DNA from: Planctomycetota bacterium
Lineage (GTDB): Bacteria > Planctomycetota > UBA1135 > UBA2386
Reading direction: 5' to 3'
DNA: 64,000 nucleotides
NCBI GenBank assembly: GCA_046290465.1
Contig: JBKAGP010000001.1
Span: 480,001-544,000 of the forward strand
The translations under genes were made by a program, and so were the position numbers. The notes below the pieces were generated by a model that did no database searches, was not told the origin of the DNA, and saw only the letters and a list, made by a program, of their open reading frames with translations. Positions 1-9,219 of this stretch are shown here, one piece after another. Each line of letters starts with the position of its first letter. Position 1 is the stretch's first letter.

Positions 1-471
1 GAACGGCTGCCCGACGCCGCCGACTGGGACGTGCAGATCCTGGCGACGGACATCAGCGAAGGCACCCTGGAGCGCGCCCGCGAGGCGGTCTACTCACCGC
101 TCGAGATGGGCCGCACGAGCCGGCCGCCGCTGATGCGCCGCTACTTCGAACGCGCCGGCTCCGGCAGCCGGCCGATCGCCTCGGTGCGCGCGATGGTCGA
201 CTTCCGCCAGCGCAACCTGCTGCTGCCGATCAGCGGCATCGGCCCGTTCGACCTGGTGCTGCTGCGCAACGTGCTGATCTACTTCGAGCCCGACACCCGT
301 CGCAGCATCGTGCAGCGCGTCGCGCGCGTGATGGCGCCGCACGGCTACCTGATGGTGGGCGGCTCCGAGAGCCTGCGCGACTGCGGCCCGCAGTTCCAGC
401 CGCGGAGCTGCTGCGGCGCGGCCGTCTACCAGCCCAACGCGCAGCCGCCGGCGCCGACGAACGGCCGCTGA
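1..471 (+). CDS. cheR: Chemotaxis protein-glutamate O-methyltransferase, C-terminal part (5' truncated by window edge)
   Basis: Frame open from base 1; CheR motifs ILATDIS, FDLVLLRNVLIYF, GYLMVGGSESL. Confidence 0.9.
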   Translation, partial: ERLPDAADWDVQILATDISEGTLERAREAVYSPLEMGRTSRPPLMRRYFERAGSGSRPIASVRAMVDFRQRNLLLPISGIGPFDLVLLRNVLIYFEPDTRRSIVQRVARVMAPHGYLMVGGSESLRDCGPQFQPRSCCGAAVYQPNAQPPAPTNGR

Positions 472-555
472 GCGACCTGAATCGGAGCCCAGGCGCCGCG
501 ATCCGTGACCCATCGGCGCACAGCCGCTAGATTGACCCGCCCGAACCCGCGATCC

Positions 556-1725
556 ATGACCATGAATCTGATCAGCAACGTCACCCGCACCTGCCTGCTC
601 GCCGCGACCGGCCTGCTCGCCTCCCATGCCATCTGCCAGGACGCCACCGACGCCAAGCAGGGCGGCATCCCGGAGTGCAAGGAGATGAAGAAGACCGAGT
701 CCGGACTCGAGTGGGGGATCCTGAAGAAGGGCTCTGACGAAGCCGGACCGGTAGACGGCGACACGGTTGAAGTGCACTACACCGGTTGGCTGACCAACGG
801 CACCAAGTTCGACAGCTCGCGCGACCGCGGCGAGCCGACCCGCTTCGGCGTCAACCAGGTGATCCCGGGCTGGACCGAAGGCCTCAAGCTGATGAAGCCG
901 GGCATGCGCTGCAAGTTCGTGATCCCGAGCGAACTCGGCTACGGCGACCGCGGCGCCGGCGCGCGCATTCCGCCGAACTCGACGCTGGTGTTCGACGTCG
1001 AGCTGATCAAGGTGATCCGGATGCCGAAGATGAAGCCCGGCAACCCGGACAACCAGAAGACGCTCGAGAACGGCAGCAAGTTCGAGGTCGTCAAGGCGGG
1101 CACGGGCGAAGGGATCGCCGACGGCGACGGCGTGTCGCTGCGCTACGCGATCTGGAAGGCCGACGGCACGCTGCTCGACTGCACCGAGAAGAGCGGCCGC
1201 AAGATGGGCGGCACGCTCGAGTCGCTGCAGTGGCCGTTTTTGAAGGACTTCGTGCAGGGCATGAAGGTCGGCGGCGTGGTCCGCGCCGAGGTGCCGGAGA
1301 AGCTGCTGCCGCAGGCGCGCGCCGACACCGTCTGGGAGATCGAGCTGGTCGCGACCACCAAGCTGCCGAAGTTCCGCCAGCTCGCCAAGGACAAGGTCGT
1401 CACGACCCAGTCGGGCCTGCAGTACGAGGTGATCGAGCAGGGCGAGGGCGACTCGCCCAAGGCGTTTGAGACGGTCGTCGCGCACTACACCGGCTGGCTG
1501 ACCGACGGCACCACGTTCGACAGCTCGCACGCCCGCGGCGAGCCGACGTCGTTCCCGCTCAACCGCGTCATCGGCGGCTGGACCGAAGGCCTGCAGCTGA
1601 TGAAGCCGGGCGGCAAGTTCCTGTTCCAGATCCCGCCGGAGCTCGGCTACGGCGCCCGCCAGAGCGGCAAGATCCCGCCGAACTCGACGCTGATCTTCCT
1701 GGTCGAGCTGGTCGAGGTGAAGTAG
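556..1725 (+). CDS. Secreted FKBP-type peptidyl-prolyl isomerase with three FKBP-like domains (middle one degenerate)
   Basis: Signal peptide; two clear FKBP repeats (VHYTGWLTNGTKFDSS...VIPGWTEGL...IPSELGYG and HYTGWLTDGTTFDSS...VIGGWTEGL...IPPELGYG); start ATG 556 or 562. Confidence 0.93.
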   Translation: MTMNLISNVTRTCLLAATGLLASHAICQDATDAKQGGIPECKEMKKTESGLEWGILKKGSDEAGPVDGDTVEVHYTGWLTNGTKFDSSRDRGEPTRFGVNQVIPGWTEGLKLMKPGMRCKFVIPSELGYGDRGAGARIPPNSTLVFDVELIKVIRMPKMKPGNPDNQKTLENGSKFEVVKAGTGEGIADGDGVSLRYAIWKADGTLLDCTEKSGRKMGGTLESLQWPFLKDFVQGMKVGGVVRAEVPEKLLPQARADTVWEIELVATTKLPKFRQLAKDKVVTTQSGLQYEVIEQGEGDSPKAFETVVAHYTGWLTDGTTFDSSHARGEPTSFPLNRVIGGWTEGLQLMKPGGKFLFQIPPELGYGARQSGKIPPNSTLIFLVELVEVK

Positions 1726-1747
1726 CGACCAGCCGACGGGCCTGCTG

Positions 1748-1779
1748 GTCACGACGGCCCGTCACGACGGCCCGTCACG
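1748..1779. repeat. 13-bp tandem duplication GTCACGACGGCCC x2.5 at convergent gene junction
   Basis: Read directly; the last partial copy contains the stop codon of the rlmN-like gene. Confidence 0.85.
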
Positions 1780-2836
1780 CCAGCTCGGTACCGCCGAGCT
1801 GCCCGCAGCCGCCCATCACCGAACGGCCCTTGGTGATCCGGCGACGCACGGCGACGCCGTGCGCGCGCAGCCAGCCGGCGAAGCGCGCGATCTCCACTTC
1901 CGTCGGCGGCCGCGCGATCGGCGCGCTGCCCGGGTTGTAGGGGATCAGGTGCAAGAACGTGCGGCCGAGCGGCTGCACGAACGCGGCGATGCGGGCGGCG
2001 TCGGCTTCGGTGTCGTTGATGCCGGGGAGCAGGCACCAGTGCACGCCCAGGGCCGTGTTCTTGCGGCGGCGGAAGCGCACCAGCGCCTGCTGGATCTCGG
2101 CCAGCGAGTAGCGCACCGAGTGCGGCATGATCGCCGCCCGCTGCCGGTCGTCGGCGTGGTTGAGGCTGAGCGACAGGTTGAGGCGCTTGTAGCCGAGTTC
2201 GCGCAGCGCGTCGATGCCGGGCACGTGGCCGACCGTGCAGACCGTCAGTTTGTCCTGCGCGAACGCGAGGCCGCGCGGGTCGGTCAGCACCGCCAGGGCC
2301 GGCAGCAGGCCGTCGAGGTTGTCGAGCGGTTCGCCCATGCCCTGGAACACGATCGTGTCCGGCAGCGTGCCGGTGCATCGCCGGTCGACCACGACCTGCG
2401 CGACGATCTCGGCGGCCGACAGGTTGCGCAGCAGCGAGAGGCGGCCGGTCTCGCAGAACGTGCAGGCGCGGGCGCAGCCGACCTGGGTCGACACGCACAG
2501 CGAACGGCGGCCGCGGCCCATCGGCAGCGACACGCTCTCGATCGTGCGCCCGTCGCGCAGCCGCAGCGCGCGCTTCTGCAGGCTGCCGTGCTCGGCCTGC
2601 TCGCGCTGCTCCGCGACGACCTCGGGCAGGGCCAGCGTCGCGTGGCGGCGCCACACCGACGCCGCCCGCGGGCCGGCGCCGAGCCGTTCGGGATCGAACC
2701 TGCCGTGCTGCACCGCGGTGCGGTGCACGTCGGCGGCGAAGCCGGCTCCCTTGGCGTCGCCGAACCACGTCGCCGCCGCCTCGCGCAGCGCGGCGGAGGT
2801 CGTTCCGAGCAGGTCGAGGGGGCAGGATCGGGTCAT
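1775..2836 (-). CDS. rlmN: RlmN/Cfr-family radical SAM RNA methyltransferase
   Basis: CVSTQVGCARACTFCETG (CxxxCxxC), GMGEPL, LIPYNP and C-terminal GCGQL; start chosen at MTRSCPLDLL. Confidence 0.85.
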   Translation of the reverse strand: MTRSCPLDLLGTTSAALREAAATWFGDAKGAGFAADVHRTAVQHGRFDPERLGAGPRAASVWRRHATLALPEVVAEQREQAEHGSLQKRALRLRDGRTIESVSLPMGRGRRSLCVSTQVGCARACTFCETGRLSLLRNLSAAEIVAQVVVDRRCTGTLPDTIVFQGMGEPLDNLDGLLPALAVLTDPRGLAFAQDKLTVCTVGHVPGIDALRELGYKRLNLSLSLNHADDRQRAAIMPHSVRYSLAEIQQALVRFRRRKNTALGVHWCLLPGINDTEADAARIAAFVQPLGRTFLHLIPYNPGSAPIARPPTEVEIARFAGWLRAHGVAVRRRITKGRSVMGGCGQLGGTELA

Positions 2837-2982
2837 CGATTCGCACGCAAGGATCGCGGCGCCAGAGGATAGCGACCGCAGCGCCGATGCGGTCCTCCGC
2901 TCAGCTTGGGATGGCAAAGTAATCGCTGTTCCGAAGAAAAAGGTGCCCACGGCGGGTCGGCGATCGGGCAAGATCCGCGGCC

Positions 2983-3789
2983 ATGGCGACGACTCCTGAG
3001 TCGAGTGCGGCGCCCGGCGACGAAGCCGGGGCCGCTCCTCCCGACGCGGCGGCGGTGCTCGAGGCCCGTTCGGTGTTCCGGCTTCGGCACGTCGAGGGGC
3101 GCGAGATGCCGATCGTGCGCGACGTCAGCTTCACGCTGCAGAAGGGCGAGTTCGCGACGATCATGGGCCCGTCGGGCTCGGGCAAGTCGACGCTGCTGCA
3201 CCTGCTGGCAGGTCTCGATCGGCCGTCGGCCGGCCAGGTGCTGGTCGGCGGCGAGGACCTCGGCGGCGGCGACGAGGAGTACCGCGCCGCGGTGCGACGC
3301 CGCAAGATCGGCTTCATCTTCCAGTTCTTCCACCTGCTGCCGGACCTGACCGTCGAGGAGAACATCACGCTGCCGCTGCGCATCCTCGGCCAGAGTCCGC
3401 GCAAGCACCGCGAACGCGTCGACAGCCTGTGCGACCTGCTCGGCGTCGAGAAGCTGCGCGGCCGCCAGCCGTCGGCGCTGTCGGGTGGCGAGATGCAGCG
3501 CGTCTCGATCGCGCGCGCGCTGGTCACACAGCCGCCGCTGGTGCTCGCCGACGAGCCGACCGGCAACCTGTCGAGCAAGGCCGGAGAAGAGGTGATCACG
3601 CTGCTGCGCGACGTCTGCACGCGGCTCGGCGCGACGATCCTGTTGGTCACGCACAACCCGCGCGATGCCGCCGCCGGCGACCGCGTGTTGTTCCTGCACG
3701 ATGGTGCGCTGCTGCAACAAGCCGAACTGAAGGGTGGGCCGTTCGATGTCGCTGACGTCTTTCATCGTCTCCAGGAACTGGGCGTCTAG
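2983..3789 (+). CDS. ABC transporter ATP-binding protein (LolD/MacB-like)
   Basis: Walker A GPSGSGKST, signature LSGGEMQRV, LADEPTGNL, VTHN. Confidence 0.95.
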   Translation: MATTPESSAAPGDEAGAAPPDAAAVLEARSVFRLRHVEGREMPIVRDVSFTLQKGEFATIMGPSGSGKSTLLHLLAGLDRPSAGQVLVGGEDLGGGDEEYRAAVRRRKIGFIFQFFHLLPDLTVEENITLPLRILGQSPRKHRERVDSLCDLLGVEKLRGRQPSALSGGEMQRVSIARALVTQPPLVLADEPTGNLSSKAGEEVITLLRDVCTRLGATILLVTHNPRDAAAGDRVLFLHDGALLQQAELKGGPFDVADVFHRLQELGV

Positions 3790-6352
3790 CTGGCTGCGCA
3801 TCCTGCTGACCCTGGTCGGCATCGCGCTCGGCGTGGCGATCGTGGTGGCCATCTACGTGATGGACTTCAACACGATCCAGAGCCGGCTGCTGCAGCAGGA
3901 TCCGCAGCGTGGCTGGGTCGATCTCGAGGTGCTGCCGAAGGCGGCCGACGTCGCGGTCGCCGACGTGCGCGCCGACCTGCTCGCCCACGAAGGCGTGCAG
4001 GACGTCGCGACCTGGCGCGAGGCGCGCGGCGTCGCGGTCGGACCGGGGCTGCCGCTGCCGCTGTCGGTGTTCGGCCTCGGCCCGCTGCCGGCCAGGTCGT
4101 TCGCGCACTACGCCGTCAACCGCGGCCGGGACCTCGACGAACGCGATGCGCAGGCCGAACGGCCCGGCATCCTGCTCGGCGGCGAAGCCGCGCACCTGCT
4201 CGGCGTCGACGTCGGCGACGTGCTGGAGCTCGGCGAACCGCCGCCGCAGCAGCGCGTCGAGTGCAAGGACGGCGAACTGGTGCCGGTCCCGGTGCCGGCC
4301 GGACGGCAGCGGTTCGCGGCCCGGGTCGAGGTCGTCGGCGTGCTCGAGCACCAGAAGCTCGGCAAGCGCGCGGCCGGCCTGATGGCGGTCACGGCGCTGC
4401 CGCTGGCCGAGCAGCTGCGGCCGGTCGGCGGCAGCCTGTTCCACATCCTGCGGCGACCGGGCACCGACCTCGATCGGCTGCGCCAGGACCTGCGCGGTGA
4501 CTACACGGTGCAGGACGTGCGCGGCGCGATGATCGGCGAAGGCGCCGACGAGCGTGCGTTCCGCAACGGCCTGAAGGTGCTGGGCGGGCTGGCGCTGCTG
4601 CTCGGCATGTACGTGGTGTTCCAGACGCTGTCGCACTCGCTGGTCGCGCGCATCCGGCAGCTCGGCCTGCTGCGCTGCCTGGGCACCGGCACCGGCGCGA
4701 TCACCCGCATCTTCCTGCTCGACGCGCTGATGCTCGGCGTGATCGGTTCGCTGATCGGGGTCGGCCTCGGCCTGGTGCTGGCGCTGTGGCTGCAGAGCAA
4801 GCGCGTCAGCTCGCTGGGCCTGGGCAAGGAGTGGGCGACGTTCGACGTACCGTGGTTCCCGGTGCTGTGGACCGCCGGGCTCGGCGTGCTGTTCACGCTG
4901 GCCGGCGCGATGTTCCCGCTGGTGCGCGCCCGCCAGGTGCCGGCGCTCGACATCCTGCGCGCGCGCGGCATGGCGCCGGGCAACGACGACGGCGTCGACC
5001 TGCTGAAGGGCGTGCACCTGTGGATGTTCGGCCTGCTGGTGCTGGCGCTGCCGCTCGCATACCTGGCGATGACGCCGCTGGCGGTCGAGGAGGGCAAGGA
5101 GACCCGCACGGTGTTGCTCGAACTGGCCGGCATGCTCGGCCTGTTCGGCGGCGTGCTGCTGCTGGCACCCGGGCTGACGACGATGCTGGGGCGGGCGATG
5201 CTGCTGCCGTTCCGCGCGTTCTCGCCGATGGCGACGTGGCTGGTCGACAAGGTGCTGAAGCGCGCCGGTGGTCGGGTGTCGGCGGCGGTGTGTGGCCTGT
5301 CGGCGGTGATGCTCGCGACGCTAGGCCTCAAGACGCTGACCGGTTCGCTCGAGGCCGAGGTGCGGCAGTTCGGCGGCGCGGCGCTGCGCGACGTGCTGAT
5401 CGTGCAGTGCGAACCGACCACCGCCGAGAACGCGCAGCAGCTGGCCGAGGTCGACGGCGTGCGGCGCGTCGACGCGTTCGAGGGCGAGGTGCGCAGCGGC
5501 GGCTTCCTGCTGCGCGGCCTGTCGGTCGAGAGCGCCGGGGGTGCCGATGGGCCGCTCGAGGGCCACGCCGGCGCGCTGCGTCGCTACGTCGATCCGCGCG
5601 TGCGCACGCTGGTCGCGAGCCAGCGGCTGGCCCGTTCGCGCGAGTGGCGGCAGGGCGACCTGGTAGCGCTGCGCGACAAGAACGGCACGCCGGTCAGCTA
5701 CGAGGTGCTGCTGCTCAGCGACCGGGCCGGCTTCGACAGCGACGAGCGCGCGTTCGCGATCTGCTCGCCGCACTGGCTGCGACGCGACTTCTGCATCGGC
5801 GATCGGTGCGTCGAGCTGATCACGCTGCGGCTCGATCCGGCCGCCAACGTCGACAAGGTGCGCGCGGCTGCGCGCGCGACCCTGCCGGACCTGCGTCGCA
5901 ACAAGACCGGCAAGGAGATCGAGTCCTACCTGTTCCGCGACGTCGGCCGCGACTTCAAGCTGTTCGACCTGCTGTTGCTGCTGATGCTGGCGCTGGCTGG
6001 CGTCGGCCTGCTCAACGGCATGACGATCGCCGCGCTCGGCCGCGCCCGCGAACTCGGCGTGCTGCGCGCGCTCGGCATCCAGCGCAACGCGCTCGGCGGC
6101 AGCTTCCTGATCGAGGGCGCCGTCGTCGCCGGCCTCGCCAGCGTGCTGTCGCTCGGACTGTGCGTGCCGCTCGGCAAGGTCCTGGTGTTCGGCATGAACG
6201 CCGTCGCCCGCCTCGACGCGCCGCTGACGGTGCCGTGGGACTGGTTCGTCTACGTGCCCCTGCTCGGCTTTACGACCGCCGTGCTCGCGGCACTCGTGCC
6301 CGCCTGGCGCGCCCTCCGCCAGAGCCCCAGCGAGTCCGTGCGCTACGAGTGA
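3746..6352 (+). CDS. ABC transporter permease, FtsX/MacB-like, duplicated architecture
   Basis: N-terminal RILLTLVGIALGVA, two RxRxLGxLRxLG motifs, multiple TM segments; overlaps the ATPase gene by 44 bp. Confidence 0.9.
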   Translation: MSLTSFIVSRNWASSWLRILLTLVGIALGVAIVVAIYVMDFNTIQSRLLQQDPQRGWVDLEVLPKAADVAVADVRADLLAHEGVQDVATWREARGVAVGPGLPLPLSVFGLGPLPARSFAHYAVNRGRDLDERDAQAERPGILLGGEAAHLLGVDVGDVLELGEPPPQQRVECKDGELVPVPVPAGRQRFAARVEVVGVLEHQKLGKRAAGLMAVTALPLAEQLRPVGGSLFHILRRPGTDLDRLRQDLRGDYTVQDVRGAMIGEGADERAFRNGLKVLGGLALLLGMYVVFQTLSHSLVARIRQLGLLRCLGTGTGAITRIFLLDALMLGVIGSLIGVGLGLVLALWLQSKRVSSLGLGKEWATFDVPWFPVLWTAGLGVLFTLAGAMFPLVRARQVPALDILRARGMAPGNDDGVDLLKGVHLWMFGLLVLALPLAYLAMTPLAVEEGKETRTVLLELAGMLGLFGGVLLLAPGLTTMLGRAMLLPFRAFSPMATWLVDKVLKRAGGRVSAAVCGLSAVMLATLGLKTLTGSLEAEVRQFGGAALRDVLIVQCEPTTAENAQQLAEVDGVRRVDAFEGEVRSGGFLLRGLSVESAGGADGPLEGHAGALRRYVDPRVRTLVASQRLARSREWRQGDLVALRDKNGTPVSYEVLLLSDRAGFDSDERAFAICSPHWLRRDFCIGDRCVELITLRLDPAANVDKVRAAARATLPDLRRNKTGKEIESYLFRDVGRDFKLFDLLLLLMLALAGVGLLNGMTIAALGRARELGVLRALGIQRNALGGSFLIEGAVVAGLASVLSLGLCVPLGKVLVFGMNAVARLDAPLTVPWDWFVYVPLLGFTTAVLAALVPAWRALRQSPSESVRYE

Positions 6353-6362
6353 CCACCATTGC

Positions 6363-6422
6363 CACCGCATACCGAACCCGGTTCAAGTTGCGCAACTTGC
6401 ACCTGCGGTTCGGTATGCGGTG
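6363..6422. repeat. Nested inverted repeat: 16-bp arms enclosing a 16-bp perfect palindrome
   Basis: CACCGCATACCGAACC (6363-6378) pairs with GGTTCGGTATGCGGTG (6407-6422); inner palindrome CAAGTTGCGCAACTTG (6384-6399). Confidence 0.9.
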
Positions 6423-6487
6423 CTGCGGCCGTCGGTGGGGGCGGTTGCTGGAATGCGGTTGCGATCGCGGATACGAACGTCCGCGAA

Positions 6488-8299
6488 ATGGCCCACGAAC
6501 GTGCTCCCTGGCAGCGTACCCACACCTGCGGCGACCTGAACCTCTCCAACGAGGGCGAGATCGTCGTGCTGAACGGCTGGATCGAGAACCACCGCGATCA
6601 CGGCCAGCTGGTGTTCGTCGACCTGCGCGACCGCTACGGCGTCACCCAGGTCACCGCGCACGGGGAGAACGAGGGCATCGTCGACGGCGCGCTCGAGCTG
6701 CTGCAGCGCCTCGGCGCCGAGGACGTGGTGTCGATCCGCGGCAAGGTCCGCCGCCGCGAGGGCGACAAGGTCAACAAGGCCCGTTCGACCGGCGAGATCG
6801 AGGTGCTGGTGCAGGAGGTCACGATCCTCAACGAGTCGCAGACGCCGCCGTTCGAGGTGCTCGACGACGTCGAGGCCAACGAGGAGCTGCGCATGCGCTA
6901 CCGCTACCTCGACCTGCGCCGCCGGCCGCTGCAGGAGGCGCTGATCAAGCGCTCGAAGTTCACCACCGCGGTGCGAACCTACCTGCAGGAGAACGGGTTC
7001 ATCGACATCGAAACCCCGATCCTGACCAACTCCACGCCCGAAGGCGCGCGCGACTACCTGGTGCCGAGCCGCGTGCACCCGGGCAAGTTCTACGCGCTGC
7101 CGCAGAGCCCGCAGGTGCTCAAGCAGATCTGCATGATCTCGGGCGTCGACCGCTACTACCAGATCGCGCGCTGCTTCCGCGACGAGGACCTGCGCGCCGA
7201 CCGCCAGCCGGAGTTCACCCAGGTCGACCTCGAGATGTCGTTCGTCGAGGAGGACGACGTGCTCGACCTGGTCGAACGCACGGTCGTGCACGCGTTCAAG
7301 GAGGGCTTCGACATCGACCTGCCGACGCCGTTCCCGCGCATGAGCTTCGAGGAGGCGATCGAACGCTACGGCAGCGACAAGCCCGACCTGCGGTTCGGCA
7401 TGGAGCTGGTCGACCTGACCGAGCACGCCAGCAACTCGGCGTTCAAGGTGTTCGCCGGCGCGGTCGAGACCGGCGGCATCGTCAAGGGCATCTGCGCCAA
7501 GGGCGCCGCCGAAGGCTACAGCCGCAAGAAGATCGACGCGCTGACGAAGCACGCGCAGGAGTACGGCGCCAAGGGCCTCGCGTGGGCCAAGATCTCGGAC
7601 AAGGGCGTCGAAGGCTCGATCGCCAAGTTCTACGAGGGCGAGGCCGGCCAGGAACTGATCCGCCTGATGGGGGCCGAGCCCGGCGACCTGCTGCTGTTCG
7701 GCGCCGACCAGGACAAGGTCGTGCACCGCGCGCTCGGCGAGGTGCGCCTCAAGGTCGGCACCGACCTCGGCCTGCGCGACCCCAAGACGTTCCGCTGCGC
7801 CTGGGTGCTGAACTTCCCGATGTTCGAGTGGAACGAGGACCACCAGCGCTGGCAGTACGCGCACAACCCGTTCTCGGCGCCGGTCGACTGGGACAACACC
7901 GACTTCGAGACCGACAGCGAGTCGCACCGCAGCCGCGCCTACGACTTCGTGATGAACGGCTGGGAGCTCGGCTCGGGCTCGATTCGGATCCACCGTCCGG
8001 AGATCCAGAAGAAGGTGTTCGACTTCCTCGGCATCAGCGAGGCGGAGCAGCAGCGCAACTTCGGCTACATGCTCGAGGCCTACAAGTATGGCGGCCCGCC
8101 GCACGGCGGCATCGCGCTCGGCCTCGACCGCATGGTCGCGCTGGCGCTCGGCCGCGACGGCATCCGCGACGTGATCGCGTTCCCGAAGACGTCGATGGCG
8201 GTCGACCTGATGAGCCAGGCGCCGAGCCGCGTCTCACCGGAGCAGATGGCCGAGCTGCAGATCCTCAGCACGGCCAAGAAGGACGGCGAGGAGTCGTAG
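6488..8299 (+). CDS. aspS: Aspartate--tRNA ligase (possibly non-discriminating; RDHG motif)
   Basis: RTHTCG start, RYRYLDLRR, TPEGARDYLVPSR, FYALPQSPQ, FRDEDLRADRQPEFTQ, PPHGGIALGLDR. Confidence 0.98.
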   Translation: MAHERAPWQRTHTCGDLNLSNEGEIVVLNGWIENHRDHGQLVFVDLRDRYGVTQVTAHGENEGIVDGALELLQRLGAEDVVSIRGKVRRREGDKVNKARSTGEIEVLVQEVTILNESQTPPFEVLDDVEANEELRMRYRYLDLRRRPLQEALIKRSKFTTAVRTYLQENGFIDIETPILTNSTPEGARDYLVPSRVHPGKFYALPQSPQVLKQICMISGVDRYYQIARCFRDEDLRADRQPEFTQVDLEMSFVEEDDVLDLVERTVVHAFKEGFDIDLPTPFPRMSFEEAIERYGSDKPDLRFGMELVDLTEHASNSAFKVFAGAVETGGIVKGICAKGAAEGYSRKKIDALTKHAQEYGAKGLAWAKISDKGVEGSIAKFYEGEAGQELIRLMGAEPGDLLLFGADQDKVVHRALGEVRLKVGTDLGLRDPKTFRCAWVLNFPMFEWNEDHQRWQYAHNPFSAPVDWDNTDFETDSESHRSRAYDFVMNGWELGSGSIRIHRPEIQKKVFDFLGISEAEQQRNFGYMLEAYKYGGPPHGGIALGLDRMVALALGRDGIRDVIAFPKTSMAVDLMSQAPSRVSPEQMAELQILSTAKKDGEES

Positions 8300-8308
8300 G
8301 GGCGCGGA

Positions 8309-8398
8309 CCGAGCTCGGAATGGCTGAGCTCGTGGTTGCCCAGATCGGAGTGGCCCAGATCGGAGTGGCCCAGATCGGGGTCACCAGATCGGAATTGC
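8309..8398. repeat. Degenerate 15-bp tandem repeat (core CCCAGATCGGAGTGG), about 6 units
   Basis: Read directly downstream of the aspS stop. Confidence 0.85.
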
Positions 8399-8448
8399 CG
8401 CGCTCGCAGGCGCCTGGATCGGAGCGCTGCTGGCGGCGGCCGGAAAGC

Positions 8449-8613
8449 TCAGAAGCGCGCCAGGAACAACGTCGCCCAGACGGCGAGCGTCGCGAGCACG
8501 GCGATGTCGCCGAGCTTGTCCTGGAGCGCCTCCACGGCGTCACGCCGCGCTTCGTCGCGGGCGTCGGCGGCCGTGCGGATGCGGGTGTCGTCGGTGGGAG
8601 GTGCGTGCATCAT
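8449..8613 (-). CDS. Small hypothetical protein (about 54 aa) with C-terminal TM helix
   Basis: AAGGAC SD-like sequence before ATGATG; hydrophobic tail IAVLATLAVWATLFLARF. Confidence 0.5.
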   Translation of the reverse strand: MMHAPPTDDTRIRTAADARDEARRDAVEALQDKLGDIAVLATLAVWATLFLARF

Positions 8614-8686
8614 CGTGTCCTTGGCCAACACTTCACATTGGCAGGGTGGGTTTCTTCAATCGGGGGAGCCATGTTATCGGCGTTAT

Positions 8687-8718
8687 CCCGAAAGAAAGAA
8701 AGCAAGAAAGTGAGAAAG
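8687..8718 (+). promoter_or_regulatory. Four GAAAG boxes with 8-bp period; candidate operator
   Basis: CCCGAAAG-AAAGAAAG-CAAGAAAG-TGAGAAAG, ending 9 nt before ATG 8728, in an unusually AT-rich intergenic region. Confidence 0.5.
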
Positions 8719-8727
8719 GCGACCTAG

Positions 8728-9153
8728 ATGGGCCAGAAGCAGTTGTCGTTCGGGATCTCACCGCCGCTGCACGGCCTGCTGCAGTTCGCCGCCAAAGACC
8801 GCAAGGTGCGGCGGTTGTGGCCGTGGAAGCAGAAGGAGATCGCCGCGGTCGCGCTCGGCGGCTGGGTCTCGCAGCGCGGCGGTAAGGGCCTCGATCGGGA
8901 CGCGCTGGTCAAGCACCTGCCGCAGCCGCCGGAGGAGATCGAGCCCGGCGGCCCGCCGCTCGTGTTCGACCGCGAGCGCTTCGAACCCGGCACCGGCACG
9001 CTGTCGTTCAAGCTGGCTCGTTCGGTCGAGGCTGCGTTCGAGCGGGTCTGCCACGACGTCGGCAGCAAGAAGGGCAAGGCCGTCGCCAAGGCGCTGCGCA
9101 GCTGGCTCGCGGCGAACGGCTACGAAGCGCACCTGGCGGAGTTGGACCTCTGA
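8728..9153 (+). CDS. Hypothetical protein, putative tandem ribbon-helix-helix DNA-binding protein
   Basis: Two strand-helix-helix-like repeats: KQLSFGISPPLHGLLQFAAK...KEIAAVALGGW and GTLSFKLARSVEAAFERVCHDVGSKKGKAVAKALRSW. Confidence 0.6.
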   Translation: MGQKQLSFGISPPLHGLLQFAAKDRKVRRLWPWKQKEIAAVALGGWVSQRGGKGLDRDALVKHLPQPPEEIEPGGPPLVFDRERFEPGTGTLSFKLARSVEAAFERVCHDVGSKKGKAVAKALRSWLAANGYEAHLAELDL

Positions 9154-9219
9154 TCGCCGCAGGCGGGGGCCTGTCGCGGTGGTCCAGGGACGACTAGGAT
9201 CCGAGCCGGAAGGAACGCC

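Noticed and set aside
1775..2836. Cfr-type antibiotic resistance methyltransferase
   Set aside because: Motifs are shared by RlmN and Cfr and there is no mobile context; a phylogeny is needed, and RlmN-like is the default call
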